Shown here in pieces: positions 19,591-31,491 of a stretch of 64,000 nt of DNA. A program made the translations under genes and the position numbers. The notes under the pieces were generated by a model that saw only the letters and a list, made by a program, of their open reading frames with translations, ran no database searches and was not told the origin of the DNA. Source of the stretch: Paramoeba atlantica. Lineage: Eukaryota; Protista; Discosea. Location of the stretch: assembly GCA_977017575.1 (NCBI GenBank), contig CDRNVI010000007.1, positions 186,001 to 250,000 of the forward strand. Reading direction: 5' to 3'. Numbering within the stretch: the first letter of the stretch is position 1; each line of letters begins with the position of its first letter.

Positions 19591-21138
19591 ATGGAGGGGT
19601 ATGTTGCACTCTGTGGATCGTCTCGTCAGATTCTCGTTCGGGCATGTAGGCACTGGTTGCTACGAACTCTACCTTTGAACATACTGAAACACGTATGCTA
19701 TCGCTTGCTTGCAGCACTCTGCAACCGCCTGTTTCCAGGAATTCTCTTTTCACACCTAATTAGAACATTGTGTCCGAGAGGGACACTTGCGCATCCATTG
19801 CTGAAATTGTTTACGCCTTACTACGGACTCGCAAGCCTGTTGCTTTGTTCTTCGAGCTACGCATTATTTCGTTTCCTTCAGCCCTGGCTGTGTGAATACC
19901 TTTCGAATGCTGTTCCGCATCACAGAGGTATGGGAATTCGTATTCGTACTTTTCCTCCTCTTCTGCCGTTACTCACCTCAACGGATTTACCACCCTCGAC
20001 ATCTAGCGGTTCGATCTCCGCGCGTGCTGTGATCGGTCTTCCCACATTTCTTCATCTGTTCTCGTACTTAGATGACAACTACCGCTACTGGTTTGAGTCC
20101 TGTGTTTGTAACTGGAGGTGGGTAACCCAATTTCTGCCAGGTCGAGCTCCCAGTGAGACGGAATCCGCACTCCGTCAGTACCACGCCTCCCTCACTCCAC
20201 AACAAATTGTTTCCGTAGAAATAGCCTCCGAGGCCCCACAACTCGCCGCACAGCACGTCATGCTCCTCTTCCACTCCCTTTACTACCGCGTCCCGTTCGC
20301 CATCTGCCTCTCCACAATCTCCATCATGTACGCGGAGGCCCATGTCTACTACCTCGCCCTCTCTCTTGGCGCCCAGTGGGCCCAGGGTACCCTGAACGCC
20401 TCCCCTCCCCCCACGGGGTCGTTCCCCCCCACCTTTGTGTACGACCGCGCCCACGAGCTCGCCTACTTAGGTTACCACGCGGCCTACATGCTCTGGACCA
20501 TTCTGCTACGCCTCCCTGCCCTCCAACAGCTGTCGTTTCTCCAGTACCGCGTGATCCCCCACGCGTTGCGTGAGCAGGAGGAATTCATGGCCGCGCTCCA
20601 TCGGCTCAACACCGAGGAGATGACCCAAGTCCGGGAGGGGTTACGGAATTTCGTAGCCCTCCACGCCCAGGCCTCCGAGGACGAACCCCTTCCCGTGCCC
20701 GTGCTCTTCGGTACGGAGGACACGATTTCGAAACGAAAGGCACGGCGTATTCTCCAGCTTCTGGAGGATTATCAACTTCGTGTGCACCGACGAAACACAC
20801 TGTTCCGGATGTGTGCGAAGGGACACGAGGTGGGGCGCAGAGAGGAGGCCGAGCTCAAGGTTGCGGATCGCGGATGTTCCGTGTGCCTGTCGCCGTTTCG
20901 GGAAGGGGAGCAGGTGTTGACCCTGCGCTGTGGCCACACGTTTCATGACAGTGAGATTATGAAATGGTTGGAGACGAGTAGGGAGTGTCCGTTGTGTCGT
21001 CAACCCGCACAGTTTCCTCTGGTGCAGTGGCTGGAGATGGCAGCCCATGCTGCACTGGCGTTGCCCACGGCTCTTCAGATACTGAAGGTAATACGTCCGG
21101 ACTCGGGGCTTTCTGGTGGAATCCTAAGGTTTATTTAA
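19591..21138 (+). CDS. Membrane-associated RING-H2 finger protein (putative E3 ligase)
   Basis: CSVCLSPFREGEQVLTLRCGHTFHDSEIMKWLETSRECPLCR near the C-terminus, with hydrophobic segments upstream. Confidence 0.8.
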   Translation: MEGYVALCGSSRQILVRACRHWLLRTLPLNILKHVCYRLLAALCNRLFPGILFSHLIRTLCPRGTLAHPLLKLFTPYYGLASLLLCSSSYALFRFLQPWLCEYLSNAVPHHRGMGIRIRTFPPLLPLLTSTDLPPSTSSGSISARAVIGLPTFLHLFSYLDDNYRYWFESCVCNWRWVTQFLPGRAPSETESALRQYHASLTPQQIVSVEIASEAPQLAAQHVMLLFHSLYYRVPFAICLSTISIMYAEAHVYYLALSLGAQWAQGTLNASPPPTGSFPPTFVYDRAHELAYLGYHAAYMLWTILLRLPALQQLSFLQYRVIPHALREQEEFMAALHRLNTEEMTQVREGLRNFVALHAQASEDEPLPVPVLFGTEDTISKRKARRILQLLEDYQLRVHRRNTLFRMCAKGHEVGRREEAELKVADRGCSVCLSPFREGEQVLTLRCGHTFHDSEIMKWLETSRECPLCRQPAQFPLVQWLEMAAHAALALPTALQILKVIRPDSGLSGGILRFI

Positions 21139-22037
21139 AGTATTGAGGTTGTTGTGTGGTCCGAGTGGAGCCAGACGTTTGTTTTGCTAGCCGATTTTCT
21201 ATTGGATATATCATCGATATTATCCTTCGTTAAAATATCGAGGCACAGGGACGAAAACGCTGGGTGCTCTAAGGGATACGAAATGAAGCGCGCTGAGAAT
21301 ACTGGACTAAAGAGCTGTTGCGAATTTTTAGGGAGAAAAATTCCCTCGATTTTTTTAAACTGTACGTAGGTTAAATTGTAGTTTTCGCAATGTCCAACTT
21401 AGTCCCTTGTTTTGGTCGGCATTTCTACTCCTTGTCTACAACTACTGCAGGAGGACTACAAGAATATACAATACACCTTTATTTACTCACTTATTTTTCA
21501 CTAGACTTGAGAGATTTATGACGAATAACTAACCCATCTGGCTGTTGGACGGTCTCGTTCGCGAGACTGCCGGCAGCGTCTGACGCATAAAGTGCAGAAC
21601 GTACGCGTAGCTTTCATACTGCAGCGAGAGAAAGGTTTTCAGTTCCTAGATGGGGGGCATCAAAATTCCTGGAGCTTGAAAATTCCGATGCGTCATGGAC
21701 AAAGCGCTAAAAACTGAAATAGCGTCACAATCCAGCCTTCTGGGTGTCCTATTTGCGCTTAACCTCCGACACATCATTATGTTCGCTCAAATACTAAGAG
21801 GGGTGACTCCTATCCAGGCGCTTCCAGTGAGCTTCTATGGAGTTCGGACTTGGTAATTTGAGGATAAGCAACGTCAACCTCCCTACGAGGGGGACATTTG
21901 AAGTAGGGTAACTAGCAAGTTGTACACGCATGTGTGGAGTGTAAAAAGGGTATACAAGTAGTACAAGTGTACGTCTTATTCTGCCCTTTCATCTATTTGA
22001 CACCGAAGAAAGGGACCACTCACCCTCCCCTGGTGCC

Positions 22038-24132
22038 TTGGCAGAACTGCTGGGGCGAAAATCTTTGCGTAAACTGTACGCGATACAATGCCCGGCATGG
22101 CGGGACTATGTCGCAGGCATCTGCTTTGGCTTCCTCAGCAAGTCGGCTGACGAGAAAGAGGAGATCGCTTGGAACCTCCTCTTGGCTGTCAAACGTTTTC
22201 TGTACCTCCCCGAGGACAAGCTTTCGCAGCGCCAACTGGCACGCGAATTGCGAATGAGGGCCCATTTGGAAGATTCTGAGACCTTGGCCCCATCTCCAAG
22301 TCAGGCCAACGATTCCCCCAGGTCCATAAATAAGAGGGTGGAGGAGATGTGCAGGGCGTCGTGTTTCTCGAGGGCCGCGGCCACCCTTGAGACGCCTCTC
22401 AACCCGCCAGCCAACCCCACGGTGGCCCTCGAACAAGCAAAGCGCCTGCACCCCACCGGGGGACCCTATACGGCGGGGAAATACCAGTATGACGCGCAGA
22501 GGCACGGCACCCTTTCCTCCCCAGCCGACGTGGCCAGAAAGGCACAAAGCCTGGCCCCCATCCGCGCCCCAGGTCCCACGGGGTGGACCAAAGAACTCTT
22601 GGTCCCAGTCCTTCTGGAGGACGGACCCCGGGATTGTGTCACATGGCTGATCCACGGTATCATGTCTAACTCCCTCCCCCCCTCTATGAGGGAGATCCTA
22701 ACTGGGGCGTCCCTTAAACTCTTCTCCAAGCCGGACGCTCCGGCCGGACACCACTCGTCATACAGGCCCATCGCCATGGGGGAGTGCATTCTGAAGGTGG
22801 CGGGCCTTCTTGCCTTGGAAAAAATCAGGGACCACCTCCCCACCTACTTCCAAGGTATACAATTCGGCGCCCAATACACCCAGGGGTGCGAGCACATAAT
22901 ATATAACGTACGACAGCACTTTAGGGACAGGCCTAAGGAGGTAGTTGTCGCAGCCGATCTCGAGAATGCTTTCAATAGCATTTCGAGGTCGGCCATCTTC
23001 CGGGCCGTAAGGCGGAACACGAGGCTTCTCCCCATAGAGGGCATAACCCTATTCAGCTATGGGACCACAAGCTCCCTCCATCTAGGGGAAGGGGCGACCA
23101 TCACGAGCTCAAGGGGGGTAAAACAAGGGGACCCCATGGCCCCCATCCTCTTTGCCATTGGGATTCAGGGGGCGATCGCCCGAGTGGCTGCCAAATTCAC
23201 AGGCGCACTCAAGGTCTGGCATACCTTGATGACGTCACCTTCACGGGTGAACCAAAGGTATGCGCGGAAGCCCTGGAGGCCCTCAGCGAGGAGTTAAAAT
23301 ACCTCGGACTACGGCTGAACGGCGCCAAGTGTAAAGTTGCCACAAGGCACGAAAAATTCTTCACGGAGTTCTCTGGGACTCGGATGATACATTCCCCAGG
23401 GGGGTTAAAACTCCTGGGGGCGTACATCGGGGAGTCCGAGGACAAGGAGGAGGATTGGGTTCTTTCCAGGACCCCCAAGGTGATCTCCTTCCTCGAGAAA
23501 TTGAAGGAGATCAGCAGGCAATGCGCCTTGCCCCTCCTAGGCTCTGCGGAAGCCCCAGATAGAACTTCATTGTGAGGACGCATGGGCCTCCGGTAACCAA
23601 AAGGGCCAACGACCAGGTCGATAAGGCCGTCATGGCATGTGCCGAGGCCCTGCTCGGGGGGATGGGTTCCCTGGGGAAAACGCCGCTTACTAATAACCTT
23701 TTTACGGCAGATTTCCTGGGGAGCATCCCCTTCGAGCACAAGGCCCAGGATATGCAGGTTAAGGCGAAAAACGCCCTTCATGGCATAGCACCTGGAATTT
23801 CTGCCAAGGATCTACGACGCAACCTTTGTGCGGCAGCCCTGGGGAACGCCCCAACGGCAACCCAACTGGTCTGCATGCGACAGATCCAGAATGTGCACTC
23901 CACCAAGTGGATGAGTATCCTGCCGAACAGGCCGGAGTACTACATGCGGGATCCGCAGTGGGAGACTGCGGCCCGCCTCCGGTACCTGGTCGCCCCGACC
24001 TCGGAGCCTGAGCTCCAGTGCGTGTGCGGTGCAACCCTCAGCAATGAGGAGTTTTGCGTACACGCACTGGACTGCAAGAAGGTGGAGGGGAAAACTCAGG
24101 CCCAAGAACCGGGGCCGTTGCAAGTCGTATGA
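22038..24132 (+). mobile_element. Frameshifted CRE/SLACS-clade-like non-LTR retrotransposon (RT plus CCHC finger; RLE not seen)
   Basis: APGPTGW, YRPIAMGE, QFG, DLENAFNSISR and GVKQGDPMAP motifs. A frameshift at about 23219 breaks (A)YLDDV (tggcataccttgatgac), and a second lies near 23540 (LLRLCGSPR). CVCG..H..DC zinc finger at about 24020-24080. Confidence 0.85.
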
Positions 24133-24824
24133 ATTCTTTTCCAGTCTCAGCAACGGTACCCTTTCCACTGAAGGCAAGCGAGGCAACGCTAGGATAGGGG
24201 GGAGTAATATTAGGTATAAAGAAGAAGTGCAGAAGCTGTATGGAACTTTTTTGGCCATTCTCATTTTTGGTGCTCAAATGAAGTTGCACGTTGACATGGT
24301 CATTCAGAGACGCATTCTCATTTTTAAAATTGCATTCTCATTTTTCCTAGTTGCACGTTGACAGCCCAATTCTCATTTTTAGTGATTCTCAGAATTGTGA
24401 CTTTTACCGTATCGTATGCGTGAGGGGCATTACATTCCTGAAGTGCGATAATATCTGAGCCATCGGCCTAAGCAAGATTCACAAGAGCGATACGACCCCC
24501 GAGAAAATGCGCTTTATCTTAAATTTTATGAGCTGACGCGAAATAGAAATAGAAATACTTAAAACCACGATTTAACCGATATCATTCGAGTTATCTTCCA
24601 CAAACACTGTAAACCTTCCAAAAGGCATGTGAATCGTGTACTCATATCCATCTAGAATAAGTTATGCATCCGGTATGTCATTTTTTTATGATTTGTACTC
24701 TACATACTATGTTGAACAAAAGAAGATTTTTTAGGACGTAATATCATTTTTTTCGATTTGATAGTGTTGACACAAATTAAGCCCAAAAACAGCTTCCTGA
24801 ATTATTGATTGAGGTTTGTAAATA

Positions 24825-25186
24825 CAGGGGTTTCAATTGAACTTCCCCCCCCCCGCATGAATTTTGAGTTTTTTGTTCGTTTTTGCTCATTTTTGTTGCA
24901 AACGAGAGATTTCCCCTAGTGAAGCGCTTTGGCACCTTTTTTTCACAGGAACCCCCTAGTGCTCATATGATGACCCGAAAAACAGCCAAAACAAGATTTT
25001 TGATAAATACGAACCTTGGAAGGAAGTCTAAAACCATGTGTTTTGAACCCAGGGGGTACCCGGGGGTCCCTACAAAAAAAAGGGCAGCAAAGCGCTTCAC
25101 CAGAGAAACGAGATGCTGCGAAAATGAGGAAAAACAGATAAAAAAACTTAAAATTCCGCGGGGGGGAAGATATCTTGAAACCACTG
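24825..25186. mobile_element. 362-bp Tc1-like MITE, about 38-bp imperfect TIRs, TA TSD
   Basis: TA-CAGGGGTTTCAATTGAACTTCCCCCCCCCGC at the left end matches the reverse complement of GCGGGGGGGAAGATATCTTGAAACCACTG-TA at the right end. Confidence 0.75.
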
Positions 25187-25962
25187 TATGAACCTAAAAG
25201 TGCTAGAAAATAGATTTATTATTTTTTGTGTTTGACGAAAAAACATTTATTACGTACCTCTTCTTAAAATTCGAAAGCTTATAATAGCACAATGAAATTC
25301 CAAACAAAACTACGAAGCATAGAGAGAGCTATACAATGGTAAGGAGTAAAGCAGAAATAAGAAAAAGTGAATAGACTTATAGGTCAAACAATAAACCAAT
25401 ATGAGCCCATCATTAAGAGTCCGAAATAGTCGTAGACATTATTTCATTTCAGTATCATACCGGGCGAGCCGGTAGAGAATTTAATTCGGTTTGCACGCAT
25501 ACAACGTGTCTACCGAAAGTCTAATCAGTCTTGGCCTGGTTCATCGGACCACGCCATTCATCATTTAGCGATTTTGGACGTGGCGTTTGCGCGAGGTCGG
25601 AATAGGTGTCCCCTTTTCGATGCAATCAAAATATTTTAGAAAGACTTTGTAAAATTTTAAATAATGCACTAATTTAAGTACCCCCCACTTACAGTGCCTT
25701 TTCGCGAATGCAGGCCCTATCGGTCGGACTATAAGACTTTCAGGGGGGGCGCGATACTGTTGGGGTCTAAAATTCGTAAAGTTTGTCCAATTTTGGGAAG
25801 CAATTGTACATTCGAGAGCTCTCGGAAGGTCTGATGTTTTGTTTATGATTTTTTGACGACACAATATGAAAAATGAATACACACTAAAACTACACAAACA
25901 CACTTTTCCTTATACGATAAACTCCAACATAGACGTTGATATGTGACTCAATCTCTCACGTA

Positions 25963-27294
25963 ATGCAAAAGCGATCACTCAACGTAGGCATCGTGGGACT
26001 TTCGACTCTCGGCAGTCTGATTGCGAAAAACCTTGCCTTCAAATCTCGCTCCGCACTCTACCTCCAGCTCTACAATCCCATTAACACCGCCAAGATGCGT
26101 CGTGTCTGTGACGAGCTCTGGGAGGACGGCGCTCAATGCGCCATGCGTCTTCACACCGAGAAATCCACCCTTATGAAATGGAGTGAGGTCATCATTATCG
26201 CCACCCCAGAACCCCTCACCCATGAGTTATTCGGACTCGATGAATCCCCTCTCATGAACGCCCCCGCCTCCTCCTCCCCCCAACCCACCGCCTACCCCGG
26301 CTCCTCCACCCCCTCCGACCGCAACGCAACCCTGCTCCAGCACCTCCGTCCCGGGCACCTCCTCCTCGACCACTCCGCGTTCGCCCACGACCCCACGGTG
26401 CGTCTCGGGGAGGCCGTGCGCGCCCGCGGCGGTCTCTACCTCGACGCCCCGTTCAGCGGTAACGCCGCGCAGGTGAAGTCCGGCGCCCTCACGCTCATGG
26501 TCGGGGGGGACGTCGCCGCGTTCGAGCGCCTCCTGCCGCTGCTCCGCCTCTACGGGGACTCGATTACGCACATGGGGGAGGTCGGGGCGGGGGCCGCGAC
26601 GAAGCAGCTGGTGCAGCAGCTCACCGCGGTGCACACCGTCGCGGCCGCGGAGGCGATAGCGGTGGCGCACCGCCGGGGGGTCGCGGACCACGGGAAGCTC
26701 ACCTCCGTGTTGGATGCCTCCTGGGGGAGTAGTGTGATGCTACGGAGGAGTGCGCCGATGTTGGAGAAATTGTTAAGGAATCCGGAGGAGCCCCCGCCAC
26801 AGGTGCCGTTTAATGTGGCCACGCTGCAGCGGGATCTGGGGCAGGTGCTGGGGGAGGGGGAGGAGGTCGGCGACACGCCTCGGGTTCCATTGACACAGTT
26901 GTGTCATGAGATTTTGTCGAAAACGGTACAGGGAGGGATGGGGGAATCCGACCCCGCAGCGGTGGTGCACTTTCTTGATGCTATGCATGCGGAAAGACAA
27001 GCAGAGAAAAGCCAAACCTCCGGTGTCGCTCCTCGTCGAACTCTGCGCAGGCGGAAATTACGTAGGAGAAAGGGGGTCGAAGCTCCATTCCAGTCTCCAG
27101 TTGACTCCCACGAAAATCAAAGCATCCCGACTCACGCGGAAGGTGAAGAAAGTGGTGCAGCTGTAACACCAACGAAACCTCTTGCTTCGAAACTTAAGAA
27201 AGCAACAAGTAAAGGTAGAAAAACATCTGCAAAACGCGATCTTATTACGTTACAAGACCAGCCTTATGAAACCAAACCTACGGAATCGTATTGA
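25963..27294 (+). CDS. 3-hydroxyisobutyrate dehydrogenase / 6PGD-NAD-binding family protein (divergent)
   Basis: VGIVGLSTLG..IAKNL, YLDAPFSG, GALTLMVGGD, HMGEVGAGAATKQL and ASWGSS motifs, followed by a low-complexity basic tail. Confidence 0.85.
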   Translation: MQKRSLNVGIVGLSTLGSLIAKNLAFKSRSALYLQLYNPINTAKMRRVCDELWEDGAQCAMRLHTEKSTLMKWSEVIIIATPEPLTHELFGLDESPLMNAPASSSPQPTAYPGSSTPSDRNATLLQHLRPGHLLLDHSAFAHDPTVRLGEAVRARGGLYLDAPFSGNAAQVKSGALTLMVGGDVAAFERLLPLLRLYGDSITHMGEVGAGAATKQLVQQLTAVHTVAAAEAIAVAHRRGVADHGKLTSVLDASWGSSVMLRRSAPMLEKLLRNPEEPPPQVPFNVATLQRDLGQVLGEGEEVGDTPRVPLTQLCHEILSKTVQGGMGESDPAAVVHFLDAMHAERQAEKSQTSGVAPRRTLRRRKLRRRKGVEAPFQSPVDSHENQSIPTHAEGEESGAAVTPTKPLASKLKKATSKGRKTSAKRDLITLQDQPYETKPTESY

Positions 27295-27511
27295 GACAAC
27301 GAAAATGTAACTCTACCGGAAAAGGGCTAACGTACGCTGTTCGTTTACGACCACGAATTATTTCGATGCTTCGGGGAATTGTTTGCACAAAGCGTTTCGC
27401 AAAGGATTATGAAATGTACTTCCTTGTATAGCGATCCTTTGAAAAATATATATTACAATCATTTGTAGGAAACGGTTTCCGTGTTGAACATTGATAAATA
27501 CCCATAGTTCG

Positions 27512-28183
27512 ATGAATACGCAAGAAAAAGCAAACAGTTTTGTCGAAAGGTGTAGAATCGCTTTCTTAGAAACGGGGATACTTTTTTATTGTTTTAGACT
27601 GATGACTGATCTTAACATTGGTGACGATGTTGAGGAACTTTTAAAGAAAAGTGTTTTAGCAGATCCTTCTTTTTATACCAAGAAAGTGGTGCCGAACGTG
27701 ATGGATGAAGCGAATGTAAAGAAAATGCGCAGGGAAAGGCGGAAAAATACATTGTCTCAGTGGTATGGGATGCGCAAGATTAATCCAGAGAGAGATACGG
27801 CGCTAATTCGGGACCTGGAGCTCTTGCGCTATCGACCCTTTATTACAGAAGACCGAATTTATCGCCGGCCTACGAAAGATAACTTACCGGAATACGCAGA
27901 AATAGGAACTGTAATTGATGATCATGTAAATACCACCGAGCGTAGCGGAAAGCGAAAGAAAAGCCTCTTCGACCAATGGATGAACAGTGAAAAATTGTAC
28001 GAATATGCGGAGGAGACGGATGAGCCCGTAATTCTCGAAGGTTCATCTGCGCTATCAAGGCCAAAAATGCCTGGTGACATCAAGAGAACGATACTATCAA
28101 CTCATTTGCGCGGGAAGAAGAAAGAAAAATCTCGTACTGCTATGCAACACAAGTCAAAGAGAAAGAAGATTGCATCATCCTAA
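27512..28183 (+). CDS. FCF2: rRNA-processing protein Fcf2/DNTTIP2-like
   Basis: WYGM...DLELLRYR...Y......LPEYAEIGTVID matches the Fcf2 pre-rRNA-processing domain pattern. Confidence 0.75.
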   Translation: MNTQEKANSFVERCRIAFLETGILFYCFRLMTDLNIGDDVEELLKKSVLADPSFYTKKVVPNVMDEANVKKMRRERRKNTLSQWYGMRKINPERDTALIRDLELLRYRPFITEDRIYRRPTKDNLPEYAEIGTVIDDHVNTTERSGKRKKSLFDQWMNSEKLYEYAEETDEPVILEGSSALSRPKMPGDIKRTILSTHLRGKKKEKSRTAMQHKSKRKKIASS

Positions 28184-28462
28184 CGTCATGTCAGTACCAA
28201 CGTGACGTTATTCTAATGGGTTTTGTCTAATACTTGAGCTATTCGTAGTATATTTTTTGGTTTGATTTTTGGGATATCTTTTTCACAAACTATTCAATCA
28301 GTCCTCTTAATTTATATCTTAATAGCTTTGTGAAAGGGGGATTAGAATACTTCATGGGAGTCCAGAGTCCTCCAATTATTTTTCAAAAAAAAATATTATA
28401 GTGAAATTCAAATGCAAACCTGCCCAATCTTATTCTGATTTCATAGCAAAAATAAGGAAAGA

Positions 28463-29407
28463 ATGTTCGATCATGACACTAAGGATCTGGTAGAATACGA
28501 CATCAACCAGGAAACGGAATTAGTTACTCTTCTTAATAAATATAGGTTCTCGCCGTCAGGGAAAGTACCCAAGTACTCATACAATTGTGGGGTCGATTTA
28601 GTACTGAATTTAACATCCTCCGGAAAACTGCCGATACATTTTTCATACTCGTGCACATGCAAATTGAAGGATTTTGGATCCCCACCATCCTATATTGCTA
28701 AATGTCACGTAGGCACTCGAACTTTTGTAGGCATTCCCCACAACAAAAAAGCATTTTCTATGTTAAGCGCGACAAAGACTGCCATACATAAAATAAATCG
28801 GATATTCAAATACTGGACGAAAATAGAACACGTACAGTACCTGACCACAGCAACTGTAGAAATTTATTCACTACCTACACCGACTCCTGATCGAATTCTT
28901 GATCGGAGACCGTATCGAAAACTTGCCTATTTCGTCGAGAACCTTCTTCTGCAGGCTGACATATTTTATGAGGTCACCACTCACAATGACTCTTGCAATG
29001 AAATTCAGCAAAAGCAATACACTGCGCTTTGCTACGTTGTTAATCGTTGCTTTATTGGACGTTCTACTCCCTGCAGTGCCTCGGCGGAGCTCAGCGCAGC
29101 ACGCAGGGCTCTTCTTTGCCTAACCAACGACAGCAATTTTGTAGGGAATCTTTCCTCTCATCGCCGGCTTGTGCATTATCTTAAACGTTCTTGCAGTACT
29201 GAGCAATTGGTTGTTAAATACAATTTTTGTACACCGGGAACACATTTTCTACGCGAATCGAAGTCCCACATGAGCTACAAAGCAATATGCACCATACATG
29301 AGTCCGATTTCGAAGGGGAGATCTCTTTCACCCCAAGTCGAGCACTTGTTACAGCGGGCATGGCAGCTTTGCGACGCATTCGTGGTAAGTGTTTTGGGTT
29401 GGGATAG
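28463..29407 (+). CDS. Hypothetical protein with three divergent dsRBD-like repeats
   Basis: Three repeats of Y.A.C.....F.G......A...A...AL/AI (YIAKCHVGTRTFVG, YTALCYVVNRCFIG, YKAICTIHESDFEG). Confidence 0.6.
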   Translation: MFDHDTKDLVEYDINQETELVTLLNKYRFSPSGKVPKYSYNCGVDLVLNLTSSGKLPIHFSYSCTCKLKDFGSPPSYIAKCHVGTRTFVGIPHNKKAFSMLSATKTAIHKINRIFKYWTKIEHVQYLTTATVEIYSLPTPTPDRILDRRPYRKLAYFVENLLLQADIFYEVTTHNDSCNEIQQKQYTALCYVVNRCFIGRSTPCSASAELSAARRALLCLTNDSNFVGNLSSHRRLVHYLKRSCSTEQLVVKYNFCTPGTHFLRESKSHMSYKAICTIHESDFEGEISFTPSRALVTAGMAALRRIRGKCFGLG

Positions 29408-29748
29408 AAAATATAATCCGTTTTCTTTTTCATACTTTTTTATGCATTGAGCTATCTTTTTTCTGGACTTTCCTTGTGTCTTCTGGATGTTTTGTCGATT
29501 TGTTTTCCTTTTTATACTTTTTTACCTCTTTTACTTTTTTGCCTTCTGGATTATAGGTTCTAATACTTTATTTTGTGCTTTCTTGCTTCTATGATTTTTC
29601 TAATGCCTTTTTGTTATTTTGATAGGAGTTCTTATGACTTGGTTGCTCCACTAATAATTCATTTCTTGTTTTTCTAGTGGAATACTTTTAAAGAAATTAT
29701 GTTAGATAAACTAAAGAAGCCTTTGTTCGCTGGTTGCTTACCCATATA

Positions 29749-30057
29749 CCGTATACCCCCCCAGTAATAGACCCCCCCCCGAGTAACAGAGATTTGGCCA
29801 TTTTTGAGCTGACCCCCAGTAACAGAGATTTGGTTCGGGAGGGTGGTTGGAGGGCGGAGGGGGTGTTTGAGCGGGTGGGGGTCGCTGGGCTGGGTGAGGG
29901 TGGTTGCGCAGGAGCGAATGGCGCAGTTGCGGGGTTGTCTGGACATAAAATCAACGCACCCATGAACAAAAAAGGCCTTTTCCCACCAAAAAAGCATACC
30001 CCACAGAGATTTGGCCATTTTGGCCCAAAATCGATTCTATAACTGGGGAGTATACGG
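29749..30057. mobile_element. 309-bp MITE with CCGTATA ends (Tc2/pogo-like), TA TSD
   Basis: CCGTATACCCCCCAGTAATAG matches the reverse complement of CTATAACTGGGGAGTATACGG at 19 of 21 positions. TA flanks both ends, and ACAGAGATTTGG occurs three times internally. Confidence 0.8.
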
Positions 30058-30264
30058 TATCAACGTATTTTTTAATTTTCCTCTTGTAGTAGATATTTTG
30101 CAGAAAATTTAATTATGTAGTAATTCTGCTGTAGTAGTACGCTACTTTCTATTTTCTATTCCATATTTACCTCCACCGATTGGTCCATTTTCAACAACGA
30201 ATCCACATCCTTTACAAGAAACCCCCTAACGCAGAGTCCTTTTTTACCTTCACTTCTATCACCT

Positions 30265-31491
30265 ATGGTCAAAGAGACAAAATTCTATGAACTCCTCGGG
30301 GTTCCCCCCACCGCAGACGAGGACACCCTGAAACGTGCCTACCGCAAGCTCGCGCTCAAGTACCACCCGGACAAAAACAAGGAGCCTGGGGCCCAGGAAA
30401 AGTTCAAAGAGATCTCCGTGGCCTACGAAGTCCTCTCCGACCCGGAGAAACGAAAGCGGTACGACCAGTACGGGGAGAAAGGCATTGACAACGAGATGCA
30501 GGGCATGGACCCCTCCGATATCTTTTCCCACTTCTTCGGGGGTGGGCGACGTCCTCGTGGGGAGCCCAAGCCCAAGGATATTGTCCATGAGCTCCCGATC
30601 GCCCTCGAGGCCTTCTATACGGGAAAAGTCTCCAAACTGGCCATCACCCGGGACCGGTTTTGTGCCTCCTGTGGGGGTCGAGGCACCAACAAGGAAGGGG
30701 TCGAGGGCACGTGCCGCCCCTGTGGGGGTCGTGGGGTCCAGATGGTTACCCGACAGCTCGGACCGATGTTTATGCAGCAAATGCAGGTCCAGTGCAGCAC
30801 TTGCAACGGGAGCGGGTTTGCGTGCCGCCCCGAGGACCGGTGCAAAGGGTGTGGGGGGAAACAGGTGGTGAAGGAGAAGAAGGTGTTTGAGGTGCACATT
30901 GATAAAGGGGCGAAGAGAGGCGACCACGTCACGTTTACGGGGGAGGGAGACCAGATTGCCGGGGTACGGCTCGCGGGGGACATTATTATTGTGTTTGACC
31001 AAAAACCCCATGATCGATTTCAGCGAAAGGGCTCGCATCTACTGATGGATAAAACGATCTCATTGGTCCAGGCGCTTACGGGGTTCCAGCTGGTTGTGGA
31101 ACACCTGGACGGGAGGAAACTATTGATACAGCCCCCCGCAGGAGTGGTGCTGGACCCGGACCACTTATGGGCCGTCGACAGGGAGGGAATGCCCGTCCCA
31201 GGCACAGGTGGGATAGAGAAGGGACAGCTTGTGATACAGTTTAAAGTGCAGTACCCGAAATCCGTCACAGAAAAAGAAGCGACAGCCCTACGTTCTGTGT
31301 TTGGGTCTCCGAGCAAGCCGAAGCCCAACCCTGACTATGAGGAATGTTTCCTTGCCCCTACAATGGTAGACCTTAACAAGGGAGCCAAGGAAGGTTCACG
31401 GCGAGGCTCTGGGATGCCATTCTTTGCTACGGACGACGAAGACGACGATGACGGCCCTCGCGGACAGACAGCTACATGTGCCCAGCAATGA
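30265..31491 (+). CDS. DNAJA: Type I DnaJ/Hsp40 chaperone (Ydj1/DNAJA-like), prenylated
   Basis: J-domain with HPD, G/F region, four CxxCxGxG motifs and a C-terminal CaaX (CAQQ). Confidence 0.97.
   Translation: MVKETKFYELLGVPPTADEDTLKRAYRKLALKYHPDKNKEPGAQEKFKEISVAYEVLSDPEKRKRYDQYGEKGIDNEMQGMDPSDIFSHFFGGGRRPRGEPKPKDIVHELPIALEAFYTGKVSKLAITRDRFCASCGGRGTNKEGVEGTCRPCGGRGVQMVTRQLGPMFMQQMQVQCSTCNGSGFACRPEDRCKGCGGKQVVKEKKVFEVHIDKGAKRGDHVTFTGEGDQIAGVRLAGDIIIVFDQKPHDRFQRKGSHLLMDKTISLVQALTGFQLVVEHLDGRKLLIQPPAGVVLDPDHLWAVDREGMPVPGTGGIEKGQLVIQFKVQYPKSVTEKEATALRSVFGSPSKPKPNPDYEECFLAPTMVDLNKGAKEGSRRGSGMPFFATDDEDDDDGPRGQTATCAQQ

Noticed and set aside
24255-24390. CATTCTCATTTTT and GTTGCACGTTGAC short repeats as a regulatory array
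   Set aside because: The spacing is irregular and no second occurrence was seen in the window.
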